This document shows positions 1-8,779 of a DNA stretch of 64,000 nt, piece after piece. Below the pieces are notes generated by a model. The model was not told where the DNA came from. It did no database searches and saw only the letters and a program-made list of their open reading frames with translations. A program made the translations under genes and the position numbers. Position 1 is the first letter of the stretch, and each line of letters starts with the position of its first letter. Location: NCBI GenBank assembly GCA_030832185.1, contig JAURJQ010000011.1, forward strand, positions 16,339 through 80,338, given 5' to 3'. Origin of the DNA: Chitinophagales bacterium (GTDB taxonomy: Bacteria > Bacteroidota > Bacteroidia > Chitinophagales > JADJOU01).

Positions 1-2
1 CG

Positions 3-2501
3 TCCTTGAAAAATATAGCTAAAGGCACATTAAATGCCCAATTTAATGGTATAGAGAATAAAATGATTATCGACGGAAACTTCGAGCAAACTGAATATCT
101 AGGATTCAAATTTCCAAAATTGAATCTGGTAAATATATCGAGCAATAGCGATTTTCAAACAACACTCAATATAGATAGTATTTATTTTGAAAATAAACTA
201 GCGATTACTCCATTCAAAGCTAATATAAAACAAGTGTATGATGGATTAAATCTTAACATGGAATTGCTCAATCGAGCGGATGATAAATTTGTGGATTTCA
301 ATAGTAATATCAAGAAAGTTGGGGATGATTATTATTTTCATATCCAGCCTTTTAATTCGTATTTTGGTAGAAAAGTATGGTCTTTACACCCAGATAATTT
401 GATAAGACTGAATCTTAAAGATAAATCCCTTCAGGTAGAAAATTTAGAATTGTTTAAAGACATACAGAGTATAAAATTCACGAATAGCTCCAAGGATAAC
501 AAGTCTATTCGCGCTGATTTTGAAGAGGTTAAACTAGAGGAGTTAATTAGTGGTTTCTTGCCTATTTTGAAAACTTTTAAAGGTCAATTGAATGGTAATA
601 TTCAAATATCTGATATTCTTAGTAACCCTAAGCCTATAGCTAATCTAAATGTGAGCAACATGATGTGGGATAGCGAAGAAATAGGAAATTTGGTTTTGAC
701 TAGTAACTTGGAAAATGAAATTGTTCACTCCATTTTGTCCTTGTCGGGTATGAATTATAAACTTCAATCGGATATTTATATTAATGCTAAAAAAGGTATA
801 GATTCGCTCTATGCCTTTAATAAGTTAGAAAGATTTAGGCCAGCTATACTCAATAAAATTTTGAATACATTGGTTTATGACATGAGAGGAAATTTGCATG
901 GTGAGTTCTCTATTTCCGGACCATTAAATGCATTGAATGCAGAGGGAGTCATTGAGATAGATAGTTTTGCGACCGGATTACACACTATTTACACGAATTA
1001 TAATCTTCAGAGTCAAAAAATTTATATAAAACCTGGAAAATTTATTCTAGATAAATTTAAATTTTATGATGAGGAAGGAAACGAAGCGGTGGCGAATGGG
1101 TTTGTGAATTATAATCATCTGAAACGATTCGATTTATTTCTAGATGCTTATTCTTCTAAATTGCTTTGTATGAATTCCAACTCTTTAAATAATAGTACAA
1201 TTTATGGCAAGGTATATGCAGATATGGATGTTAAATTTAGAGGGACTATAGGGGATCGTATCTCTATTTTAGCTAGAGGACGAAATTTGCCAAATTCTAT
1301 TTTACATGTTAACTTGGAGACCGCTCAAAAAACGGGTAAGTATGGATTTTACGAATTTACAGGGAGAGATACTAGTGATGCAGTAAGTAACATATTTGTG
1401 CGTAAAGTCAAAAAACTCGGAGGCGTCAATTTAGATTTCGACTTTGATGTCAATAAAAATGGAAAACTATTCATTATAATGGATCCCAGTATTGAAGATA
1501 GAATAGAATGCAATGGGCAGGGAAGAATAGCATTCAAAATGACTCCAGAGACAGATATGGACATCAAAGGATCCTATGAGATTTTTTCAGGTACTTACCT
1601 TTTTACTTATCAGAACCTTGTTCAAAGATTGTTTTATCTAAATAAAGGAGGAACTATGACCTTCGTCGGTGATCCTAGCGCGGCTATCATTGATGCCTCC
1701 GCGACTTTTACCACTCGAGCCAGCGCGCAAGAACTCATCACAGCCTATTTTGGGAATACGGATAATTCTAGAATCATCAGCGCCGCGAAGAGTACAGTGA
1801 AAACCAATATTATTCTTAAGTTAAAGAATAAAATAATGAAACCGGACATATCTTATGAACTCAATATAGATCAAAATAATCCTGAGGTGGTGAGTGCATT
1901 TGAATCCATTACCTCTACTACTAAAAATAATGAGGCAGAACTGAATAGACAGGTTATGGGATTATTGCTATTACAGCGATTCTTCCCACCTAGCTTTACT
2001 GGTTTTACTCAAAATCAGAATCCGAATAACGCTGTGAGTTCAGATCTCCAAAATACTGCGTTTGATGTAGTCACAGGTAAATTATCTGGCTATGTCACTG
2101 ACTGGATGCAAAATACATTTAAAGGAATGAATTTCGGTCTTTCGTATAAAAACTACAATCAATTAAATCAAACGGATAATCTTACGAATACAAGGAATGA
2201 ATTTAAAGTAGCTATTTCACAAAAGCTCTTAAATGACAGATTAGTCTTTAATGTCGGAGGAAATTATGATTTCGGGAGAGGGCAGTTTAGCAATAGCAAT
2301 GCAAATACAGCTTTTTTCGGAGGGGATGTCGATTTGGAATACTTGCTGACACCACTAGGAAATGTGAGAGCCAAGTTTTATTCTACACTATCTAACGACC
2401 CTTTGAACTCAGTATATATCAATAAAACAGGAGCGGGTATCCTGATTCAAAAGGACTTTGATGAATTCAATCAATTGTTTAAGAAAAATAAAATGAAGTA
2501 G
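3..2501 (+). CDS. TamB-like translocation/assembly-module protein, C-terminal part (5' end lies outside the window)
   Basis: The 831-codon ORF has a frame open to the window edge, and its TTG at 6 is probably not the real start. It is a long Asn/Ser-rich, beta-rich sequence. The C-terminal block (...GGDVDLEYLLTPLGNVRAKFYS...) resembles the DUF490/TamB end of Bacteroidota proteins. Family assignment is from memory of the family, not from a search. Confidence 0.55.
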   Translation, partial: SLKNIAKGTLNAQFNGIENKMIIDGNFEQTEYLGFKFPKLNLVNISSNSDFQTTLNIDSIYFENKLAITPFKANIKQVYDGLNLNMELLNRADDKFVDFNSNIKKVGDDYYFHIQPFNSYFGRKVWSLHPDNLIRLNLKDKSLQVENLELFKDIQSIKFTNSSKDNKSIRADFEEVKLEELISGFLPILKTFKGQLNGNIQISDILSNPKPIANLNVSNMMWDSEEIGNLVLTSNLENEIVHSILSLSGMNYKLQSDIYINAKKGIDSLYAFNKLERFRPAILNKILNTLVYDMRGNLHGEFSISGPLNALNAEGVIEIDSFATGLHTIYTNYNLQSQKIYIKPGKFILDKFKFYDEEGNEAVANGFVNYNHLKRFDLFLDAYSSKLLCMNSNSLNNSTIYGKVYADMDVKFRGTIGDRISILARGRNLPNSILHVNLETAQKTGKYGFYEFTGRDTSDAVSNIFVRKVKKLGGVNLDFDFDVNKNGKLFIIMDPSIEDRIECNGQGRIAFKMTPETDMDIKGSYEIFSGTYLFTYQNLVQRLFYLNKGGTMTFVGDPSAAIIDASATFTTRASAQELITAYFGNTDNSRIISAAKSTVKTNIILKLKNKIMKPDISYELNIDQNNPEVVSAFESITSTTKNNEAELNRQVMGLLLLQRFFPPSFTGFTQNQNPNNAVSSDLQNTAFDVVTGKLSGYVTDWMQNTFKGMNFGLSYKNYNQLNQTDNLTNTRNEFKVAISQKLLNDRLVFNVGGNYDFGRGQFSNSNANTAFFGGDVDLEYLLTPLGNVRAKFYSTLSNDPLNSVYINKTGAGILIQKDFDEFNQLFKKNKMK

Positions 2502-2527
2502 TCCCTTCGATAGAATTAGTCTTGAAA

Positions 2528-3589
2528 ATGTTTGAAAATTTAAAAGTGGTAGAACTAGCTAGTGTTTTAGCTGGACCTATGGTCGGTACCTTCTTCGCCG
2601 AATTAGGCGCAGAGGTTATAAAAATTGAAAATAAATCAACACATGGAGATGTGACCAGAACTTGGAAACTTCCCAACGAATCTTCTCAATTGAATTTTTC
2701 AGCCTACTATGCCGCAGCCAATTATGGCAAACAATCTCTATTTTTAGATTTGAAAAATGAAGCTGATTTTTCTCATGTACTAGAATTAATAGCTGTAGCT
2801 GATATTCTCATAGTCAATTTTAAAGCAGGTGATGCCGCGAAATTAGGACTCGATGCACTAAGCTTAAGAGCTAAGTTTCCTAAGCTAATATATGCTGCTC
2901 TCACTGGATTTGGAGAAGACGATCATCGAACGGCCTTTGATGTAGTGCTCCAGGCAGAGACGGGTTATATGTCTATGAATGGCGAAAAAAATAGCAAGCC
3001 TCTCAAGATGCCCATAGCTTTCATAGATATATTAGCTGCGCATCAGTTAAAAGAAGGTATTTTATGTGCTTTGATACAACGAGGGCAGACTGGAAAAGGT
3101 GCCAAGGTCTCTGTATCACTATACGATGCAGCCATAGCTAGTTTGGCCAATCAAGCCACTAACTATCTTATGGCAGATACTATACCTGCCAGAATGGGTT
3201 CTGGGCATCCGAATATAGCTCCATACGGCGATTTATTTCAGACTGTAAACGGTGAATGGATTGTATTAGCCATTGGTACAGATAAACAGTTTATAGATTT
3301 ATTACAGGTTTTAGATTTGTCTGAATTACTAAGTGATGTAAAGTATATAACAAATGCTTCGCGAGTGCTAAATAGAGAAGCTTTAAACTCTCTTTTAACT
3401 GCTACTATAGGAAGCTTTACTGCAGAGAAGCTTCAGAGTCTTCTGGCTTCAAGGAACATACCCTTTGGGCGAGTAAAAGATATGGCCGAGGTATTTGCGC
3501 ACCCTCAGTCGCAGAAACTTATTCTAGAAGATAAGATTGAAAACACCTCAGCCAAACGAGCAAAAACCGCTATTTTCAAATTAGATTAG
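2528..3589 (+). CDS. CoA-transferase family III (CaiB/BaiF-like)
   Basis: The N-terminus MFENLKVVELASVLAGPMVGTFFAELGAEVIKIEN is the typical family III CoA-transferase Rossmann start. ATG at 2528 is preferred over the TTG at 2522 used in the ORF track. Confidence 0.8.
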   Translation: MFENLKVVELASVLAGPMVGTFFAELGAEVIKIENKSTHGDVTRTWKLPNESSQLNFSAYYAAANYGKQSLFLDLKNEADFSHVLELIAVADILIVNFKAGDAAKLGLDALSLRAKFPKLIYAALTGFGEDDHRTAFDVVLQAETGYMSMNGEKNSKPLKMPIAFIDILAAHQLKEGILCALIQRGQTGKGAKVSVSLYDAAIASLANQATNYLMADTIPARMGSGHPNIAPYGDLFQTVNGEWIVLAIGTDKQFIDLLQVLDLSELLSDVKYITNASRVLNREALNSLLTATIGSFTAEKLQSLLASRNIPFGRVKDMAEVFAHPQSQKLILEDKIENTSAKRAKTAIFKLD

Positions 3590-3606
3590 CCTTTTCTTTA
3601 CTAATT

Positions 3607-3614
3607 TATATTTG
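3607..3614 (+). promoter_or_regulatory. Orphan Bacteroidota-type -7 box TATATTTG
   Basis: Exact TAnnTTTG match in the same context (tttatatttgc) as the two tRNA promoters. It lies 18 nt after the CoA-transferase stop, and no annotated gene follows for about 390 nt. Confidence 0.4.
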
Positions 3615-3968
3615 CCTATGTTGTTTCCTGTGGTAAAACTTGTTTTACATTCTATCAAATTATGAAATATCAAACATATATAGCACATAGTTTTCTATTA
3701 TGAAATATTCTGAAAAGTAAGAACAATTCTTATTATTTAGGCTATAAATACCTTACTATATAAGACGTTCAGATAATATTAACAGGCGCTATATCAAATA
3801 AAATCCATATTTAATTTGAGATTAATTTAAGAGAATACATAGAAAAAATCTTCGATTGTCTATTGTGTCTTATGTGGTAAAAAAAATGATAGTCTGAACT
3901 TTCACATAAATCAAATTCGCACCCTTTTATCTTCTCATTTTTTAGTAAAAAAATGGCTTAAATTCACT

Positions 3969-3976
3969 TACTTTTG
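3969..3976 (+). promoter_or_regulatory. -7 box TACTTTTG for the amidohydrolase gene
   Basis: TAnnTTTG match 31 nt upstream of the ATG at 4007. It overlaps the TTG at 3974 used by the ORF track, which argues against that start. Confidence 0.5.
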
Positions 3977-4006
3977 CTGTTTCAATATTTTCATATAGCC
4001 TTTATC

Positions 4007-5014
4007 ATGATTAAAATAGATTCTCATACGCATATAATTCCGAAGACGTTGCCAAAATGGACGGAGAAGTTTGGGTATGGAAATTTTATTCACCTCGATC
4101 ATTATCGATCCGGTTATGCTAGAATGATGCAAGGAGATAAATTCTTTCGAGAAATCAAATCGAACTGCTGGGATCCAGATTTGCGCATCAAGGAGTATGC
4201 AGAATATCAAACTCAAGTGCAAGTAGTCTGCACAATTCCTGCATTATTTGGCTATCATGCTCAGCCAATACACGGATTAGAAATTTCTGAATACCTGAAC
4301 GATGATATTGCTGAATTGGTAACTAAGTATCCGAAAAATTATATAGGATTAGCTACCCTACCAATGCAAAATGCAGAGCTCGCCATTAAAGAATTGGAGC
4401 GCTGCAAAAAGCTCGGATTTAAGGGCATTCAAATAGGTTCTAATATCAATGATAAAAATTTAAGTGAAGATGAATTCTTCCCTATTTTTCAAGCCTGTGA
4501 GCGACTCGATATGGCGATTATAGTGCATCCTTGGAATATGATGGGAAAGGGCTTGATGGATAAATATTGGTTGCCATGGCTAGTCGCTATGCCCGCGGAA
4601 ACGACACGTGCTGCTTGTTCTATGATTTTTTCTGGAGTACTGGAAAGATTGCCAAAACTGCGCGTATTGTTTTCACATGCTGGTGGGGCATTTATTTTTA
4701 CCTTGGGTAGAATAGAACATGGATTTCATTGCAGACCAGATTTAGTAGCTATAGATAATCCCGTGCCACCGAGTCATTATTTGGGGAAATTCTGGGTGGA
4801 TAGTATCACACATGATGCAGATGCCTTGCGTTATATTATTTCTAAAGTAGGTACAAAGAAAATCTGCCTTGGTAGCGATTATCCTTTTCCTCTTGGCGAT
4901 CTGGAAATAGGAAAGTTTATTACTGAAATGGGCTTGGGGGAAAGTGAAGTAGAAGATATATTCCAAAACTCAATTGTTGAATGGTTGAATCTAGACTTGA
5001 ATTTGTATAAATAG
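4007..5014 (+). CDS. Amidohydrolase-2 family decarboxylase, ACMSD-like (2-amino-3-carboxymuconate-6-semialdehyde decarboxylase family)
   Basis: MIKIDSHTHIIPKTLPKW start with the HxH metal motif. The length and the later HPWN...SHAGG...DSITHD pattern are typical of ACMSD-type amidohydrolases. Confidence 0.7.
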   Translation: MIKIDSHTHIIPKTLPKWTEKFGYGNFIHLDHYRSGYARMMQGDKFFREIKSNCWDPDLRIKEYAEYQTQVQVVCTIPALFGYHAQPIHGLEISEYLNDDIAELVTKYPKNYIGLATLPMQNAELAIKELERCKKLGFKGIQIGSNINDKNLSEDEFFPIFQACERLDMAIIVHPWNMMGKGLMDKYWLPWLVAMPAETTRAACSMIFSGVLERLPKLRVLFSHAGGAFIFTLGRIEHGFHCRPDLVAIDNPVPPSHYLGKFWVDSITHDADALRYIISKVGTKKICLGSDYPFPLGDLEIGKFITEMGLGESEVEDIFQNSIVEWLNLDLNLYK

Positions 5015-5015
5015 A

Positions 5016-5160
5016 GTTTGAGGGTTGTATCACAAAGTTCCACGTAGAAGGCACAAAAGACACTAAGAAAATAATGGTGAATAAAAACAAGTAAGCGCGT
5101 GATTATGAATAAGGGAATTTCTTTGTGCAACTTTGAGGGATTTAGTGAACCTTTGTGAAA
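5016..5160. repeat. Imperfect palindromic CACAAAG-word element
   Basis: The left arm tcacaaagttccac...gcacaaaaga (5029-5060) is the near reverse complement of the right arm tctttgtgcaac...gtgaacctttgtga (5120-5158). There is also a direct repeat tttgaggg at 5017 and 5131. Confidence 0.6.
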
Positions 5161-5227
5161 TAATTTTGTCCGATTAGTTGTAAATTAAGAATAATTTTTG
5201 TAAAATAGCATTTAAGAGAAAACAAAA

Positions 5228-5605
5228 ATGAAATATACAGAAGATGAACTTTCAAATATTATATTAGGTTGTGCTATTGAAGTTCATAAGAAACTTGGTC
5301 CAGGGTTGCTAGAGTCTGCCTATCAGGAATGTTTATTTTTTGAGCTTGTAGAAAAAGGTTTAGAAGTAGTAAAAGAGAGGCCTATGCCAATAGTTTATAA
5401 GGATGTAAAACTCGACCACGGATATAGGCTAGATTTGTTAGTTGAGAATAAAGTAGTTATCGAAATTAAAACAGTTGAAGCATTTTCGGATGTTCATTTT
5501 GCTCAAGTATTGACTTATCTAAGATTGGGGGAGTATAAACTAGGACTGCTTTTAAATTTTCATGTAACTTCGTTGAAACAAGGAATTAATAGAATTATAA
5601 ATTGA
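5228..5605 (+). CDS. GxxExxY protein (PD-(D/E)XK-like, PDDEXK_3 family)
   Basis: GPGLLESAYQECL contains the eponymous G-x-x-E-x-x-Y motif. The 125 aa size and the ...DLLVENKVVIEIK... core are typical of this family. Confidence 0.8.
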   Translation: MKYTEDELSNIILGCAIEVHKKLGPGLLESAYQECLFFELVEKGLEVVKERPMPIVYKDVKLDHGYRLDLLVENKVVIEIKTVEAFSDVHFAQVLTYLRLGEYKLGLLLNFHVTSLKQGINRIIN

Positions 5606-5617
5606 TTATTATCATAA

Positions 5618-6247
5618 ATGTTAATTACCAAAGATATAAAATTTGAATACACACCGCAGGTTAAATTTGGTTTTCCTGATATCCAATGCGCCGTAGGAGA
5701 TAGCTTGGTCATAACCGGAGAATCAGGTTCTGGAAAAACGACTTTACTTCATTTATTAGGTGGGTTGATCAAACCAAAGTCTGGCAAGGTCATTCTGAAT
5801 GAAACAGAGGTTAATGTTTTAGAAGGATCTTCATTAGATAAATTTAGAGGGAAGCACATTAGTATTATTTTTCAGAAAATGCATTTCATCTCCTCGATTT
5901 CGGTATTAGAAAATATTCTTCTAGCTCAATGGTTAGGGACAGAAAATAAAAATAAGGATCATGCCATGCAGATTCTAGAAAAACTCCAAATCGCGGATCA
6001 AAAGGATAAAAACATCAAGCAGCTTAGTCAAGGTCAGCAACAGCGAGTCGCTATTGCTAGGGCTTTAATTAATCAACCTAGCTTAATTCTAGCGGATGAA
6101 CCTACTTCGAGTTTAGATAATAAGAATGCAGAGATTGTCGAAAAATTATTAAGAGAATCCGCACAAAGTATGAATGCAGCTTTGGTCATAGTAACACATG
6201 ATATGCGAATGAAACAGAATGCAAAAAACACCATCGAATTGTTATGA
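5618..6247 (+). CDS. ABC transporter ATP-binding protein (MacB/LolD/FtsE-like)
   Basis: Walker A GESGSGKTT, signature LSQGQQQR and Walker B LILADEPT are present. Confidence 0.9.
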   Translation: MLITKDIKFEYTPQVKFGFPDIQCAVGDSLVITGESGSGKTTLLHLLGGLIKPKSGKVILNETEVNVLEGSSLDKFRGKHISIIFQKMHFISSISVLENILLAQWLGTENKNKDHAMQILEKLQIADQKDKNIKQLSQGQQQRVAIARALINQPSLILADEPTSSLDNKNAEIVEKLLRESAQSMNAALVIVTHDMRMKQNAKNTIELL

Positions 6248-7467
6248 TTATTTGGCTAGCCTTTAAGAATATTTTCCATAAACCACTGCATGCAGTTTTG
6301 AATATTATCATATTCGCTACTGGCATTGGTATTATTACTATGCTCAGTTTGGTACAGCGACAATTTGAGGATAAATTTGAAAAAAATATAGAGGGTATAG
6401 ATATGGTCATGGGGGCCTCTGGTAGTCCATTGCAACTTATCTTATCAGCCGTCTATCATATCGATGCGCCTACTGGGAATATCCCTTTAGAAGAGGCGGA
6501 AAAATGGATGCATCACCCATATATTGCCAAGGCAGTGCCTATGGCTTATGGAGATTCGTATATGAGTTTTCCTATGATAGGTTCTGACAGTAGTTACTAT
6601 TATCACTTCAGCGCAGTCTTAGCATCAGGAAAGCTCAATCAAGAGAATTATGAAGTGGTAGTGGGCTCTGAAGTAGTGAATAAATTGAAATTAAAGTTAG
6701 GAGATAAATTTCATAGCACTCATGGACAGCAGGAGAGTGGAGAAGAACACGAAGATATAGAATGGGTGGTCACTGGAATACTAAAACCTACTGGTAAAGT
6801 GATAGATAGAATGATCGTATCGAATATAGAAAGTGTGTGGGATATACATGGAGAAAGTGGTTGTACCCATGATCATGAAGAGGGTGAAGAATGCCATCAT
6901 CATGACCATGAAGCGGGTAAAGAAATTACGGCGGTACTGCTCAAATATAGAAATCCTATGGCAGCCTTGCAATTACCGCGTCTCATAAAAGAGCAATCCA
7001 AAAATATTCAATTAGCTCAACCCGCAATAGAAATTAACCGTTTGTTTTCGCTTTTAGGTATTGGACTTGATGCTATTTGCTATCTCGCTTATTTCATCAT
7101 GGGCCTATCGGCCATTAGTATTTTTATTTCGATATACAATACTTTGAAAGAACGAATGTTTGAATTAGCTATGATTCGCACATTAGGGGGCTCCAAGTTC
7201 AACGTATTTAGCCTTATTTTAGCTGAAGGGATATTGTATAGTATTTTTGGTTATCTAGCGGGATTCTTTATGGGAGTAGTTGGTTATAAAATGGTGGCTA
7301 TGCTAGCCGAGAAGGAGTATCAACTCTCCTTTGGAAATTTACCTATAGATTTCACACAACAGTTTATGCTGTTTGGTATCTCCTTATTTATTGGATTTTT
7401 AGCAGCTATTTTCCCTGCTATCAAATCTTATTTCATTCAAATATCTTCAACACTAGCTCATGAATAA
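6244..7467 (+). CDS. FtsX/MacB-type ABC permease with a His/Glu/Cys-rich extracytoplasmic loop
   Basis: ATGA overlap with the ATPase gene. One N-terminal TM segment, a large loop and a C-terminal FtsX-like 3-TM bundle. The loop carries HSTHGQQESGEEHEDIEW and HGESGCTHDHEEGEECHHHDHEAGKE. Confidence 0.8.
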   Translation: MIIWLAFKNIFHKPLHAVLNIIIFATGIGIITMLSLVQRQFEDKFEKNIEGIDMVMGASGSPLQLILSAVYHIDAPTGNIPLEEAEKWMHHPYIAKAVPMAYGDSYMSFPMIGSDSSYYYHFSAVLASGKLNQENYEVVVGSEVVNKLKLKLGDKFHSTHGQQESGEEHEDIEWVVTGILKPTGKVIDRMIVSNIESVWDIHGESGCTHDHEEGEECHHHDHEAGKEITAVLLKYRNPMAALQLPRLIKEQSKNIQLAQPAIEINRLFSLLGIGLDAICYLAYFIMGLSAISIFISIYNTLKERMFELAMIRTLGGSKFNVFSLILAEGILYSIFGYLAGFFMGVVGYKMVAMLAEKEYQLSFGNLPIDFTQQFMLFGISLFIGFLAAIFPAIKSYFIQISSTLAHE

Positions 7468-8026
7468 ATGGATTAAAGGCTTATTTAGTTTTGTCTTTCT
7501 CACTCTGGTTTTCAGCAGCCACAAACCGATAGTGAATGATGAATCCGTGGAGATTGCGAATGCCAATGCCTTACACTTAGCTGCGAATGAGGTAAAATAC
7601 AATCTAGAGGAAATGTATGCCGAGGAGCATATAGTAATGGATAAAGACGTAGAAAATGTGGTTACCTGGAACGCCCTTAAAAATGTTCGCTATGAAGAAA
7701 AGCCAGATCCTACTTATAAAGTGGTCTATAAACCTATCTATGGTAAATCGATACGGGAGCTCGAAGATAAAACCATACAAATAAAGGGTTTTATAATACC
7801 CATTACATCTAATACGTTTGCGCTTAGTAAGAACCCTTTTGCAGCATGCTTTTTCTGCGGTCAGGCTGGTCCAGAAACAGTCATGGGCATTCAGTTTAAG
7901 AAGCTAAAAGATAAATTAAAAACGGATATGTTTGTCACACTTAAAGGGAAATTTATACTCAACTATGACAACCCTGATGACTGGATGTACCATATTATCG
8001 ATGCAGAGATTATAGAGATAAAGTAA
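7460..8026 (+). CDS. Secreted DUF3299-like protein
   Basis: 8-nt overlap with the permease gene and a signal-peptide-like N-terminus. The KGFIIPITSNTFALSKNPFAACFFCGQAGPETVM block resembles the conserved G-f-x-x-P...C-x-x-C...P core of DUF3299. Assignment is from memory only. Confidence 0.5.
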   Translation: MNKWIKGLFSFVFLTLVFSSHKPIVNDESVEIANANALHLAANEVKYNLEEMYAEEHIVMDKDVENVVTWNALKNVRYEEKPDPTYKVVYKPIYGKSIRELEDKTIQIKGFIIPITSNTFALSKNPFAACFFCGQAGPETVMGIQFKKLKDKLKTDMFVTLKGKFILNYDNPDDWMYHIIDAEIIEIK

Positions 8027-8029
8027 ATA

Positions 8030-8081
8030 TTAACCAGCGGTCAGTAATCAGTGATTAGTGACCCCTGGTTAATTAGTTTTT
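8030..8081 (+). terminator. Large-loop hairpin plus T-run after the ABC/DUF3299 operon
   Basis: TTAACCAG (8030-8037) pairs with CTGGTTAA (8065-8072). The 27-nt loop is made of AGT words (cagtaatcagtgattagtgac) and is followed by ttagttttt. Confidence 0.4.
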
Positions 8082-8128
8082 GCATAAATTCAAATCAGTA
8101 AAGAACACCTTCTTAAAAATTAAACTAT

Positions 8129-8779
8129 ATGCTCGTTAGTGATTGGGGATTGATAGACTATAAGGACGCGGAGACCAAGCAGCTAGATTTATTTGAAGAG
8201 AAACTAAATGCTAAAGCTCGAAAAATTTCTTCAGAAAATTATTTAAATTTATTAGAGCATACTCCCGTATACACCTTAGGCAAAAATGCCGATGAAAATA
8301 ATATTTTACCTATAGCGCGTACCTGCGGTGCTAGCTTTCACCATATTAGTAGAGGAGGGGATGTGACCTTTCATGGCCCAGGTCAGTTAGTGGTCTATCC
8401 TATAATTGATTTACAAGAATTCAATATGGGAGTTCGCGCTTATGTGACTGCGCTAGAAAATATTGGGATAGAACTATGTTCTTCCTATGGTATCGAAGCT
8501 AAAGCCTCAGAGGAAGAAGGTGTTTGGGTAGATTATGGCACGCCTAAAGCTCGGAAAATCATGGCCATAGGTATTAAAGTGAGTCGCTATATCACTATGC
8601 ACGGCATAGCTTTCAATGTTAATACAGACTTAAACTATTTTAGTTTCATTATCCCTTGCGGAATACCAAATAAAGGCGTCACTAGCTTACAGCGTGAGTT
8701 AGGTTGTCAGGTAGATATGGATGAGTTTAAGGAGAGGTATGTGGAGATATTTAAACGGCACTTTTATGAAATAAAATGA
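8129..8779 (+). CDS. lipB: Lipoyl(octanoyl) transferase
   Basis: RGGDVTFHGPGQLVVYPI and the ...KIMAIGIKVSRYITMHGIAFNV... motifs are typical of LipB. Confidence 0.9.
   Translation: MLVSDWGLIDYKDAETKQLDLFEEKLNAKARKISSENYLNLLEHTPVYTLGKNADENNILPIARTCGASFHHISRGGDVTFHGPGQLVVYPIIDLQEFNMGVRAYVTALENIGIELCSSYGIEAKASEEEGVWVDYGTPKARKIMAIGIKVSRYITMHGIAFNVNTDLNYFSFIIPCGIPNKGVTSLQRELGCQVDMDEFKERYVEIFKRHFYEIK

Noticed and set aside
3974-4006. N-terminal extensions in the ORF track: 3974 TTG for the amidohydrolase, 12006 for the serine hydrolase, 51017 for holA and 54134 for sdhB
   Set aside because: The extensions overlap predicted -7 promoter boxes or add non-homologous residues ahead of canonical N-termini (MIKIDSHTH, MFRRVLFL signal, [20 protein letters not shown]). 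The internal ATGs are preferred.
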